DNA of 24,000 bases from Paenibacillus sp. YIM B09110 (GTDB lineage: Bacteria; Bacillota; Bacilli; Paenibacillales; Paenibacillaceae): positions 276,088 through 300,087 of the forward strand of contig NZ_JBANSP010000002.1 of assembly GCF_037167145.1 (NCBI RefSeq). Reading direction: 5' to 3'. Positions 7,649 to 16,066 of the stretch are shown here, piece after piece. The notes under the pieces were generated by a model, which worked only from the letters and a program-made list of their open reading frames with translations, searched no databases and was not told the DNA's origin. Both the position numbers and the translations under genes were made by a program. Position 1 is the first letter of the stretch; every line of letters begins with the position of its first letter.

Positions 7649-8605
7649 TTATGTTGTTTTATAATAGGGGTTTTTCTCAACTATAGCTGATTGAATTTTC
7701 GTTCTTAAAAATTCAACAAAATCATTTTCATTTTCTAAACAAGATACTATTTCATATAAGTCACATAATACAACAACTGCTTTTGCAAGTGCTCCTTTAG
7801 TCGTAGTAATCGCTGGTTCTGTAAATCCACTAACAGATATATATATCCCCCTTGCTTGACCACGAAGAAAAACACCCATAAGATGATTGGAAATTTCATT
7901 CTTCCCAACTGGTTTTCCCCACCACTTCATTTCAACTAGGTAGTAATCAGAATCTATCTTGATAACGCCGTCGATTTGTTCAATTATCCCTTCGTTTTCT
8001 TCTCCATTTATAGAGAAGGATTCTTTGACGAGAATATCATGATAATTAAACAAGTTATTTAAGACATTTTCAAATAGCTTACCTCTTTTGTGTGGGTCAT
8101 TTAACTTGACTAATTCACTTATCTCAAGCTTTATTTTTTCTAGTTCACGTTTTCGGTTGTTAACTTTTTCAACTTGTTCAAGGTATGTTTGTTTATGTTT
8201 TCTGGCTAATTCATTTTTTTCTCTTTCCATTCTTGAAAAAGCATCTTTTACTTTGATTACTTGACGTATCTCGGCGACATACCCTTTGGCTTTTATTCTG
8301 TCATTATCCCAACAAGATTCATAACTGTCGAATTCGACTATTCTTTTTAATAATTCTCGTCGGATTTTAAGGAACATGTCATTGTTCTGTTCGTTGATTC
8401 TAGTTACCATAATCCTAGTGATTTCGTACTTACTTATGCTATCTTTGTTATTGTATACTTTTATTGAAATATCATTTAATAACGATTCACTCACACCAGC
8501 ACCGCGAAAGAATAAAAGTACATCTTGTTTAGAACGATTTAATAAAGGAATTGTATCAATTAGTAAGCTAATTAGTTCTGGAGGATAATGATAAATAGTT
8601 ATCAT
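7649..8605 (-). CDS. Mrr_cat-type PD-(D/E)xK restriction-endonuclease-like protein with an N-terminal helical/coiled-coil domain
   Basis: The C-terminal half reads KRGKLFENVLNNLF...IEQIDGVIKIDSDYYLVEMKWWGKPVGKNEI...GIYISVSGFTEPA. This fits the F-E, D and E-x-K pattern of Mrr-like nucleases. A charged coiled-coil stretch (EREKNELARKHKQTYLEQVEKVNNRKRELEKIKLEISEL) lies in the middle of the protein. ATG 8605 has an AAGGGTG RBS and is preferred over GTG 8617. Confidence 0.75.
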   Translation of the reverse strand: MITIYHYPPELISLLIDTIPLLNRSKQDVLLFFRGAGVSESLLNDISIKVYNNKDSISKYEITRIMVTRINEQNNDMFLKIRRELLKRIVEFDSYESCWDNDRIKAKGYVAEIRQVIKVKDAFSRMEREKNELARKHKQTYLEQVEKVNNRKRELEKIKLEISELVKLNDPHKRGKLFENVLNNLFNYHDILVKESFSINGEENEGIIEQIDGVIKIDSDYYLVEMKWWGKPVGKNEISNHLMGVFLRGQARGIYISVSGFTEPAITTTKGALAKAVVVLCDLYEIVSCLENENDFVEFLRTKIQSAIVEKNPYYKTT

Positions 8606-8725
8606 AGATTCAAGCACCCTTCGAAATTTAATAACACATATTCCCTATAACTAATCCTTCAAGTATACTATAATTTAGAATAAATCCCAATAGTATATGT
8701 GCTGTCATGAGGAGGATAACTTGTT

Positions 8726-10042
8726 ATGTCAATTTCTGATAAAGTAAAAAGCGGTTACTGGTCAATTTCGACACAAAAGCATTTGAAAGTCTTTAAAAGT
8801 GAAGCGACTGGCTTATCGCAATTAGGTAATCTCAATTTGACTGGGAAAGTAGGAAGATTCCTAGGTGTTATAAGAGGCAATGGACAAATAACTGATATGA
8901 ATAAGCTTGAATTAATGGCTAACAGTGTAGGCATTAATAATAAGTTGGAACTCCTTAAGATTGTACTTCCTGAGTTGGAATCAGCATCAGATAAAAGAAT
9001 TGAATTAATGAGAGATACTATAGGGAATATAACTGGTATTGCCGAATATGTCTACGATAACCCTACAGTACTAGGCATTTCAGGTCAGGTATTTGAAAAT
9101 CAACATCCAACAGATGTAGAAAGAATAGTAATAAGGACTATGGATGAAACGAAAAAGATTCCTTATGCGCAAAGCCATCTTATTCAATTACTTATCCAGC
9201 AAGGATTTAGCGAAAGAGATGTTTCATTATCAATTGCATTGCAAAATAATTTTAAGTTAATTCGAGTTTTAAATAAAATGAAGAATCGTGAACCTATTAT
9301 TAGCAATGAGTACGTCTGGGGCGATAATCATGAGAAAATTGCTATGGCTGTCTCAGGACTTAATATGTTTGAAAAAGACACTTTAAGAGAAATAATAGAT
9401 TCGATTCAAAATTTCCAAGGATTTCCTTTAGAGAAAATAGCACCTGAGGCAAGCAACTTACTCCTAATGGCCAAAAAAACTGGTATGATAAATCCTACTA
9501 CAATTGTTTCAACAAGAGGTTTTCAGAAAGATTTTGGTTTTAGTACAAACTTGTTACAACCTGAGCAATATAACAATGATATCCTTGATGATGTTAAATT
9601 GTTACTTGCTTCGATTCGTTTTGGAGAAAATTACACTCCTTATTCGACAATTAATGACCCTGAAAAATTCCTGTCAAAGTTAATTCAATATGGGGATATC
9701 GGTCCTCATGATGCAAATGCAACAGATTACACTTTGCTTGAGAAAAAGGGTATTGTAAGAGTTGTAAGAAAACAAAAGTTTAATTCCTACTATGGGACAT
9801 ATCGAACTGGTCCATGTCTTGAATTGATAAGAACAGATGTCGCAAAGGAAGCTTTAAACATTATTAAGAATCCAAACTACACAATGAACAATGATGCAGA
9901 AATTACAGACTTCGGTTCAATGATGGATGTAGGGATTTTTGTAACTCCTGAAGAAGAAAGAATGAATATGGCTGAAATGCCTGAAACTTTGAAAGAAATC
10001 GAAGAACATACTCTAAGAGTACTTAGAGGAGAAAATATATAA
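8726..10042 (+). CDS. Hypothetical 438-aa protein with no recognisable motif; first gene of a two-gene operon
   Basis: Strong GAGGAGGA RBS at 8709-8716 and ATG at 8726. The frame stays open through AT-rich DNA for 1.3 kb, and the next gene starts 16 nt after the stop. Confidence 0.7.
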   Translation: MSISDKVKSGYWSISTQKHLKVFKSEATGLSQLGNLNLTGKVGRFLGVIRGNGQITDMNKLELMANSVGINNKLELLKIVLPELESASDKRIELMRDTIGNITGIAEYVYDNPTVLGISGQVFENQHPTDVERIVIRTMDETKKIPYAQSHLIQLLIQQGFSERDVSLSIALQNNFKLIRVLNKMKNREPIISNEYVWGDNHEKIAMAVSGLNMFEKDTLREIIDSIQNFQGFPLEKIAPEASNLLLMAKKTGMINPTTIVSTRGFQKDFGFSTNLLQPEQYNNDILDDVKLLLASIRFGENYTPYSTINDPEKFLSKLIQYGDIGPHDANATDYTLLEKKGIVRVVRKQKFNSYYGTYRTGPCLELIRTDVAKEALNIIKNPNYTMNNDAEITDFGSMMDVGIFVTPEEERMNMAEMPETLKEIEEHTLRVLRGENI

Positions 10043-10058
10043 GAATGGCGGTGGAATC

Positions 10059-11510
10059 TTGTCTGATTTAAATAATAAGCCACAGTCAATTGAGAAAGAT
10101 CTAGAGAGTATGCCTCCTCAGAATGGTTTGAGTGATGGACAACAACAACAAAGTTCTGAGGGTAAAACGTCAAATGAGCCTGTAGTTCAGTCCGAACTTA
10201 ATTTAGATATAATCGATAAAGGGGAAGGTAGTTCTACAATACCTTCTCCTAATTTGCCAATTCAAGAAAGTAAACAATATCAGAGTAAATCGGTGGAGAC
10301 TTATAACAAGGGAACAAAAAAGAAGCCTCGTGCTCAAAGCTACAACAGAAAAAAACCAGTACAATCAGAAATAAATAAAAATACAACCGAAGAGAAGACT
10401 CTACAAAAGGGATATTTGTTGGAATACCGAATGAAAAGGCTATTATTTCATATGGGATATTTCCCTAAAATCGGGATAGATGTTCGTACTTCCTATGATG
10501 ATGCTTCGGATAAGATTACCGATTTAGATGTCTATGGTTTATATGTTCATCGTGATTTTACCAGTAAGTCCTTATGGGTAGATTGCAAATCTGGTTCAGT
10601 TCAAATTCATGATAGAATAACTTGGATTAAAGGCATCATGAGTGAAATAACAGTTAACGATATGATTTTTGTTGTAAATAGTGCACGTACATCAGTGAAG
10701 CAATACGCAAGGAAAGCAGGAATACAACTATTAGACATAAATATTGTTGATAAACTTGAAGCTGATTATAAAATCAATCAAGACGACTGGCGAGGTTCTT
10801 GGAATCCAGATACACAGCATAATAAAATTAACCAGTTATCTAAATTTAGTATTCCAACTAACGATTTGTATAAGAGAATTGCAAAATATATTTCATCTGA
10901 TTACTGGGTAATTGATAATTATTCCAAAGTAAAGAAGACCTTATCAGGAATTAGGGATTTATCAACCTATAACAATTTAAAACTAAACGAGGAACAAACA
11001 AAAACTATTCAATGGTCTATCTATGAATTAACTAATCTGTTCTTATTAGCCGTACTTGATATAGCAAAAGAGCTATACTATTTTAATGATAGTGAAAAAC
11101 GTGAAACGGTAGTTGAAGGATTAAGTTCGGGTGATATACCCAATAGAAAAAGGAAGGAGATTTTTGACTCGGCGTTTAGGGTAGCATATAACGTAGTTAA
11201 AACTCAAATACCTGATTTTAACATACCTTCGAAAATGCCTTCATTTAATATAACGCCACCGAATTACACTGAATCGTTTATTGATTTAATTTTAAGAATA
11301 ACAAATAATCCAATGTATTATTATGATTTATTGAGATTTTTAGACTTCATTTTTATGGAATATGACCTTCAATCAAAGGTAATTAGCGAAGCTGATGTGC
11401 GCACTCTGTTTAAAAATTATGATGAATTGTTAATTGGAGCTAAAACTTTATTGCATTTCATATGTCAAGTAACTAATATCCCTCGTTCAATGTACCGAAT
11501 TATAAACTAG
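10059..11510 (+). CDS. Hypothetical protein: low-complexity N-terminus, Mrr-like PD-(D/E)xK nuclease core and an unknown helical C-terminal half
   Basis: Residues 1-115 are Q/S/K/N-rich. Residues 118-232 read GYLLEYRMKRLLFHMGYFP...ITDLDVYGLYV...LWVDCKSG...ARKAGIQLLD. This reproduces the order of Mrr_cat elements (E, D, D-x-K, then A..GI.L.D). The start is TTG 10059 (GGTGGA RBS) and is uncertain. Confidence 0.6.
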   Translation: MSDLNNKPQSIEKDLESMPPQNGLSDGQQQQSSEGKTSNEPVVQSELNLDIIDKGEGSSTIPSPNLPIQESKQYQSKSVETYNKGTKKKPRAQSYNRKKPVQSEINKNTTEEKTLQKGYLLEYRMKRLLFHMGYFPKIGIDVRTSYDDASDKITDLDVYGLYVHRDFTSKSLWVDCKSGSVQIHDRITWIKGIMSEITVNDMIFVVNSARTSVKQYARKAGIQLLDINIVDKLEADYKINQDDWRGSWNPDTQHNKINQLSKFSIPTNDLYKRIAKYISSDYWVIDNYSKVKKTLSGIRDLSTYNNLKLNEEQTKTIQWSIYELTNLFLLAVLDIAKELYYFNDSEKRETVVEGLSSGDIPNRKRKEIFDSAFRVAYNVVKTQIPDFNIPSKMPSFNITPPNYTESFIDLILRITNNPMYYYDLLRFLDFIFMEYDLQSKVISEADVRTLFKNYDELLIGAKTLLHFICQVTNIPRSMYRIIN

Positions 11511-11554
11511 CTAAAGATATGCCAAAAGATAATATATATTTAATCTACATGTAT

Positions 11555-11590
11555 TCACTACTTTGCTAAATGCGAAGTAGTGATATTTTT
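11555..11590 (+). terminator. Rho-independent terminator after the two-gene operon
   Basis: Stem tcactactt (11555-11563) pairs with aagtagtga (11575-11583), followed by tattttta. Confidence 0.55.
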
Positions 11591-11604
11591 ATGGAGGGGT
11601 AACT

Positions 11605-11814
11605 TTGCTGAGAAAACCGATTAAGTCTGACTCGGAAATAGAAGTGTGTGTTCAGTTGCAAAGTACTGTGCGGATATGGATGAACAACGAGGTAGAGGAT
11701 GTTGGAGTTATTGAAAAATATGATAATGACACAATACAAATCAATGGTGATTACTATATTCGAAACAATTGCGTGATAGAAGTTATTAATCAGAACTTTG
11801 TATTAATAAAATAA
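11605..11814 (+). CDS. Small hypothetical protein (69 aa)
   Basis: GGAGGGG at 11593-11599 lies 5 nt upstream of TTG 11605. The gene is immediately upstream of the KAP NTPase gene. No motif recognised. Confidence 0.5.
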   Translation: MLRKPIKSDSEIEVCVQLQSTVRIWMNNEVEDVGVIEKYDNDTIQINGDYYIRNNCVIEVINQNFVLIK

Positions 11815-11885
11815 CTTTCGACGTATTTAAAAATCAAATATTGAGTCATTGTTGTATGAATACTTTATGTGAAAGGAAGAGAATA

Positions 11886-13910
11886 GTGACCGGACAATCA
11901 GATTCGAAGTTTCTTCTAGAGAGCGTACTAGAATATGTTAAAAATGAAAGAGCCAACTATGGATTAATGATAAATGGTGAGTGGGGAAGTGGTAAGACAT
12001 ACTTCTGGGACAATGTACTTAGTCCAAAAATTGAAAGTATTAATGGAAAACCACTAAAGACTGTATATGTATCACTGTATGGAGTTTCTACTACTGAGGA
12101 GATAAGCAAAAGGATTTGCTATGAAGTTTACGCATCTGCACTGAAAAAAAAAGGACATTTAAAAAAACTAATTGATAGTAAGGTAGGCAATGCACTTCCT
12201 GAATTGAGTAAGGTAATTTTGAACTTTGGTGGTAAACAAATGGGTATCGATCCTATTGGAAGTTCAAGTATTGACTGGGATAAATTATACTCGCTCAAAA
12301 ATAAAGTGTTATGTTTTGATGATTTGGAAAGAGCTAACCTAGAGGTTTCGGAAATACTAGGGTACATAAATAATTTTGTTGAACATGACGGTGTTAAAAC
12401 AATTATTATTTGTAATGAAAAAGAAGTTAATTCTAAAGTGTACTCTGAGAATAACGAGTTAAAAAAACTTACTGCAACATACTTATTAAATATTGAGGGA
12501 AAGTTAGGTGAAAAAGAAGATACAAAATCAAGACAATCAGAATTAAAGCAATCTACAAATCAAATAATTGATGATACTATTCAGATGCTTTTTAGTAAAA
12601 GTAATGATTATAAGCATATAAAAGAGAAGCTTATTGGAAAAACGTTATTATATTCTTCAAATGAGAATGATATTATTAACAATATAATTTCTATTAATGA
12701 ACATTACAAATCATATGATTATATTCTAACAGGTAGCGATATCATTATTGAAATCTTTCAAAAAAGTAAGACTAAGAATTTTAGGATTTTAATTCAGGCA
12801 ATTGATGATTTTGAAAGGATATTTCAGAAATTGAAATCTGATTATCCTGTTATTGATCAAGGAATAGTGAAGTCAATATTTATTTTCACATTAATTTTGT
12901 CCTTTGAAATAAAGTCAGGAAAGTTACCCAATAAAGAATTGTTGGAAATTAATTCAGATCTAGATTTTCAACAGCGTATTATTATGGACAAGATGGATAA
13001 AAAGTCATCATATATCACTAGCTTACTTTCAACGTATCGTGGAGTACATACTGAATCTGGCATAGTGTTTTTTCAGTTTGTTAAGGAGTTAGTTGTAGAT
13101 GGTATTCTTAATACAGAATTTTTTAAAGTTGAAATCGACAAACAAGTTAAAGATAAAGAAAGAAAAGAAGTTCCTGGTTATGTGAAAATAATTAAACAAG
13201 GATACTGGGAGTTAACAAATGATGATTTTAACGTTGCAGTTGCCGATTCATATGAAGCAATAAAAAGTGGTAAGATGAGTATTAGATTTTACTTTTCAGG
13301 TTTTATTGTATTTTTGAAGTTGATGGAACTTGAACTTATAAATGAAGATATAACTTCATTAAAGGAGTTATTTATAAATGGATTAGAGAAGATAGTAGAA
13401 AAGGCCAATATAGAAGATATCGAAACCTCATTCACTCGATTTGGAAAACCAACAAATTATGAGGATGACATTAACGAGATAAAACAGAAAATTATTGAAA
13501 CTAGAAAAAAATTGGAAGTTAAAGAAGATGAGCATATTGCTAATGAATTATTAGAGTCTTTAAAGAATAACATTCAAGAGTATTACTTTGCTGTTGACAG
13601 AAAGCATTGGAACAAACCATTATTTGAGCATTTGGACATGAATGACGTGGCTAGAATCATTTTAATTAAAAGTAATAAGGACATAAACTTATTTGCTAAT
13701 ATTCTATTCGAGCATTATAAGGAAATGAGTGAAGCTCTAAAGCCTGATCTACCTAAATTAGACGAACTTCAAGCAATATTAATAAATCACGTAAGCGAGG
13801 AGCTGGCACAAAATCGAAATTCCTTAACAGTCGCAAACCTTAAGGAAATCGTTGAAGTCATTAGTATCATTAAGACTGCAAATGCAGATTCAGAAACTCC
13901 AAATCCATAA
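11886..13910 (+). CDS. KAP-family P-loop NTPase (soluble form with no membrane insertion)
   Basis: Walker A is GLMINGEWGSGKTYFW (nt 11976-11999). Walker B is VLCFDDLER (nt 12306-12332), followed by TIIICNEKE. These match the KAP signatures G-x-W-G-S-G-K-T and hhhhDDLDR. The start is uncertain: GTG 11886 follows the GAAAGGAAGAG RBS, and ATG 11856 or TTG 11841 are alternatives. Confidence 0.85.
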   Translation: MTGQSDSKFLLESVLEYVKNERANYGLMINGEWGSGKTYFWDNVLSPKIESINGKPLKTVYVSLYGVSTTEEISKRICYEVYASALKKKGHLKKLIDSKVGNALPELSKVILNFGGKQMGIDPIGSSSIDWDKLYSLKNKVLCFDDLERANLEVSEILGYINNFVEHDGVKTIIICNEKEVNSKVYSENNELKKLTATYLLNIEGKLGEKEDTKSRQSELKQSTNQIIDDTIQMLFSKSNDYKHIKEKLIGKTLLYSSNENDIINNIISINEHYKSYDYILTGSDIIIEIFQKSKTKNFRILIQAIDDFERIFQKLKSDYPVIDQGIVKSIFIFTLILSFEIKSGKLPNKELLEINSDLDFQQRIIMDKMDKKSSYITSLLSTYRGVHTESGIVFFQFVKELVVDGILNTEFFKVEIDKQVKDKERKEVPGYVKIIKQGYWELTNDDFNVAVADSYEAIKSGKMSIRFYFSGFIVFLKLMELELINEDITSLKELFINGLEKIVEKANIEDIETSFTRFGKPTNYEDDINEIKQKIIETRKKLEVKEDEHIANELLESLKNNIQEYYFAVDRKHWNKPLFEHLDMNDVARIILIKSNKDINLFANILFEHYKEMSEALKPDLPKLDELQAILINHVSEELAQNRNSLTVANLKEIVEVISIIKTANADSETPNP

Positions 13911-14265
13911 TCATAAGTGTGAAGTTAATCGTGATATTCTACTAACTTTTGATCAGTATCTTTATAGATAATTAAAGGATTCTTAATGAATAGAGAAATG
14001 GTTTGAAATTTCCATTATATATATATGAATGTGCGTAAGTCACTTTTGAAGTAGTCTGCATGATTTAGGTGAAATACCCCCTACCACTTACCACAGAAAC
14101 AACACAAAGACTTGAATTTATTGATTTTCGTATGTTAGAATAAGCATTATTTACTTTGCAGGATTGATTTATTTTCTATTGAGAATTAGATTAAGTCCTG
14201 TTAAGCTTAAGTAATTCAGATTCTGCAAAGTATTGATTTTATTGGGTTTATACGTGAATTAGGAT

Positions 14266-14333
14266 CGCACAGGACTTAAAATCCTGCGGTGGGTGACCAC
14301 CGTACGGGTTCGATTCCCGTCCTCGGCATCCTT
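14266..14333. repeat. attR: 68-bp direct repeat, a 3' fragment of tRNA-Leu(TAA) lacking its 5' third
   Basis: Identical to 1136-1203. The upstream sequence (aggat) differs from the tRNA 5' part, so no complete tRNA exists here. Confidence 0.9.
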
Positions 14334-14359
14334 AATCGGATTATATGATTGACGTACAT

Positions 14360-14410
14360 AAAACTCCTTTTTCTTGCCTGTGCAATGCAGCTGAGAAGAG
14401 GGAGTTTTTT
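14360..14410 (+). terminator. Original Rho-independent terminator of the tRNA operon, now displaced by the island
   Basis: aaaactcctttttct pairs with agaagagggagtttt (15 bp including two G.U pairs) and is followed by tttttt. It lies 27 nt after attR. Confidence 0.6.
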
Positions 14411-14545
14411 CTTGATAGTTGTCTTTTATTGATAGAGATATATGCCGAACATTTGTTTGGTGACAACCTATGACATTATGAGATAGTATAATAGGAAGAG
14501 AGAAAGCATTCATTCATTACCTTATGCAAAGGATCGTGAGCAGGC

Positions 14546-14734
14546 ATGTCGCGCGGCAAGTTCGAGGGGTATAAAGTTTCGTTCAAGATCGGTTCTTACA
14601 ATACTTACGTTTATATGAAACCGGAATACTATGAAAAATGGAAGTTCGAGCGTGATTCGCGAATTAAAGATGTTTTAGTAGAAGAGGTTGAGATTAAGCT
14701 GTCTTATTTCTTGAAAGGGTTAGACAAGCAGTAG
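14546..14734 (+). CDS. Small hypothetical protein (62 aa)
   Basis: ORF with ATG and a weak AAAGGA RBS. It lies just upstream of the MBL gene on the same strand. No motif recognised. Confidence 0.4.
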   Translation: MSRGKFEGYKVSFKIGSYNTYVYMKPEYYEKWKFERDSRIKDVLVEEVEIKLSYFLKGLDKQ

Positions 14735-14750
14735 AGATGAGGAGACAGGA

Positions 14751-15785
14751 ATGACGAGATTGCAAACACGAGTGCTCTGCATGTTAATGGGCATTATTTT
14801 GGTACTATTGCCTGCCTGCCAGATTGCACCTGCGAACGAGGACGGGGCGGTGGCTACGGCCGGAAAGCTGAGCGTCCATTTCATAGATGTCGGGCAAGGC
14901 GCATCACAGCTTATAATAGGTCCGACTGGCAAAACCATTCTTATCGATGGCGGTAATAATAGCGAAGAAGCGAAGATGGTCGCCTACCTCCAAAGTCAGC
15001 GGATAAGCAAAATCGATATTTTGATCGCCACGCATCCTGATGCGGATCATGTTGGCGGTTTGGATGCGGTCATTCGCCATTTCGATATAGGTAAAATCTA
15101 TATGCCGAAGGTTCAATCCAATACAAAGACGTTCGAGGATGTACTGACGGCGATTAAGGAGAAGTCATTAAAGATCTCTACGGCGAAAGCCGGATTGTCG
15201 CTTGAATGGGAGCAGGATGTCGAGGTTCTCATGATCGCGCCTGTATCCGTCTATGAGGATACGAATGAAATGAGTGCGGTCGTTAAGCTAAGCTACGGGA
15301 AACATTCTTTTCTTCTAACCGGCGATGCAGAAGCAGAGAGCGAGAACGATATTATGAAATCCGGAATTAGTTTAAATGCAGATGTGCTGCTTGTTGGTCA
15401 TCATGGCTCTAACTCGTCAACCTCTTCCGAATGGTTGAAAAAGATTCAGCCGAAGTATGCGGTTATCCAGTCAGGGACGAACAACTACGGCCACCCTACG
15501 AGCGAGGTGCTGGGTAGGCTTAAGAAACAAGGTACAGAGGTCTATCGTACGGATCAATTGGGAAACATTCTATTTGTTTCAGACGGTACTTCGCTTGAAA
15601 TTGATCATACTGACAGTTTAATCGATGCGAAGGCAAATTCCACTACAAGCGATAAGCTCACAACGCAGGACGTGTTTGAGAGCTGTGCAGCGGTTAGGGA
15701 AGCGGGCAAAGCACCTATTCGCAAAGGTGACCCTGGTTTTAATGCTAAGCTTGACCGTGACGATGATGGGATTGCTTGCGAATAA
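14751..15785 (+). CDS. ComEC/Rec2-related MBL-fold metallo-hydrolase lipoprotein with a C-terminal Excalibur calcium-binding domain
   Basis: The signal/lipobox is LVLLPAC. The MBL motif is ILIATHPDADHVGG, with a later GHHGS. The C-terminus CAAVREAGKAPIRKGDPGFNAKLDRDDDGIACE is an Excalibur (DxDxDGxxCE) motif. Confidence 0.85.
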   Translation: MTRLQTRVLCMLMGIILVLLPACQIAPANEDGAVATAGKLSVHFIDVGQGASQLIIGPTGKTILIDGGNNSEEAKMVAYLQSQRISKIDILIATHPDADHVGGLDAVIRHFDIGKIYMPKVQSNTKTFEDVLTAIKEKSLKISTAKAGLSLEWEQDVEVLMIAPVSVYEDTNEMSAVVKLSYGKHSFLLTGDAEAESENDIMKSGISLNADVLLVGHHGSNSSTSSEWLKKIQPKYAVIQSGTNNYGHPTSEVLGRLKKQGTEVYRTDQLGNILFVSDGTSLEIDHTDSLIDAKANSTTSDKLTTQDVFESCAAVREAGKAPIRKGDPGFNAKLDRDDDGIACE

Positions 15786-15808
15786 GGTACATGTGGAGGT
15801 GGCTTTGC

Positions 15809-16021
15809 ATGAGTGGAATTGTTGATCGCTTTGAAGGTGAATATGCCATCATTGAAATTGACGGACAGATGCATGATGTACGAAGAGATCAGCTAGAAGT
15901 CAGTGTGCAACAAGGTGATGTTGTCGAGCTGTGCGGAGCTTTGTGGAAGACGGATAAACAAGCGACAGAAGCTCGCCGAAATGCCGTGAAGAAATTAATG
16001 GATGAATTATGGGACGATTAA
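15809..16021 (+). CDS. DUF3006-like small protein
   Basis: GGAGGTGG RBS and ATG at 15809. MSGIVDRFEGEYAIIEIDG...GDVV matches the DUF3006 pattern often found beside ComEC-type MBL genes. Confidence 0.6.
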   Translation: MSGIVDRFEGEYAIIEIDGQMHDVRRDQLEVSVQQGDVVELCGALWKTDKQATEARRNAVKKLMDELWDD

Positions 16022-16066
16022 TTGTTGGACTTAAGCAATTTTGAGCAACATTGGAGGTGCATACGA

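Larger units (their letters stand above)
1136..14333. mobile_element. tRNA-Leu-integrated genomic island (about 13.1 kb), satellite/integrative-element-like, with a defence-like cargo
   Basis: Perfect 68-bp direct repeats mark both ends and an integrase gene lies next to attL. G+C drops abruptly (spot counts about 32% inside versus 47% or more outside). XRE, Xis and Rep-like genes are present, and no virion genes are recognisable. Confidence 0.8.

Noticed and set aside
1204-14265. The possibility that the island is a complete prophage.
   Set aside because: I can recognise no terminase, portal, capsid, tail or lysis signatures, and 13 kb is too small. A satellite or integrative island is the more economical reading.
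14259-14513. An 84-aa minus-strand ORF across attR.
   Set aside because: It overlaps the tRNA-Leu fragment and the terminator hairpin, has no RBS and spans a composition boundary.
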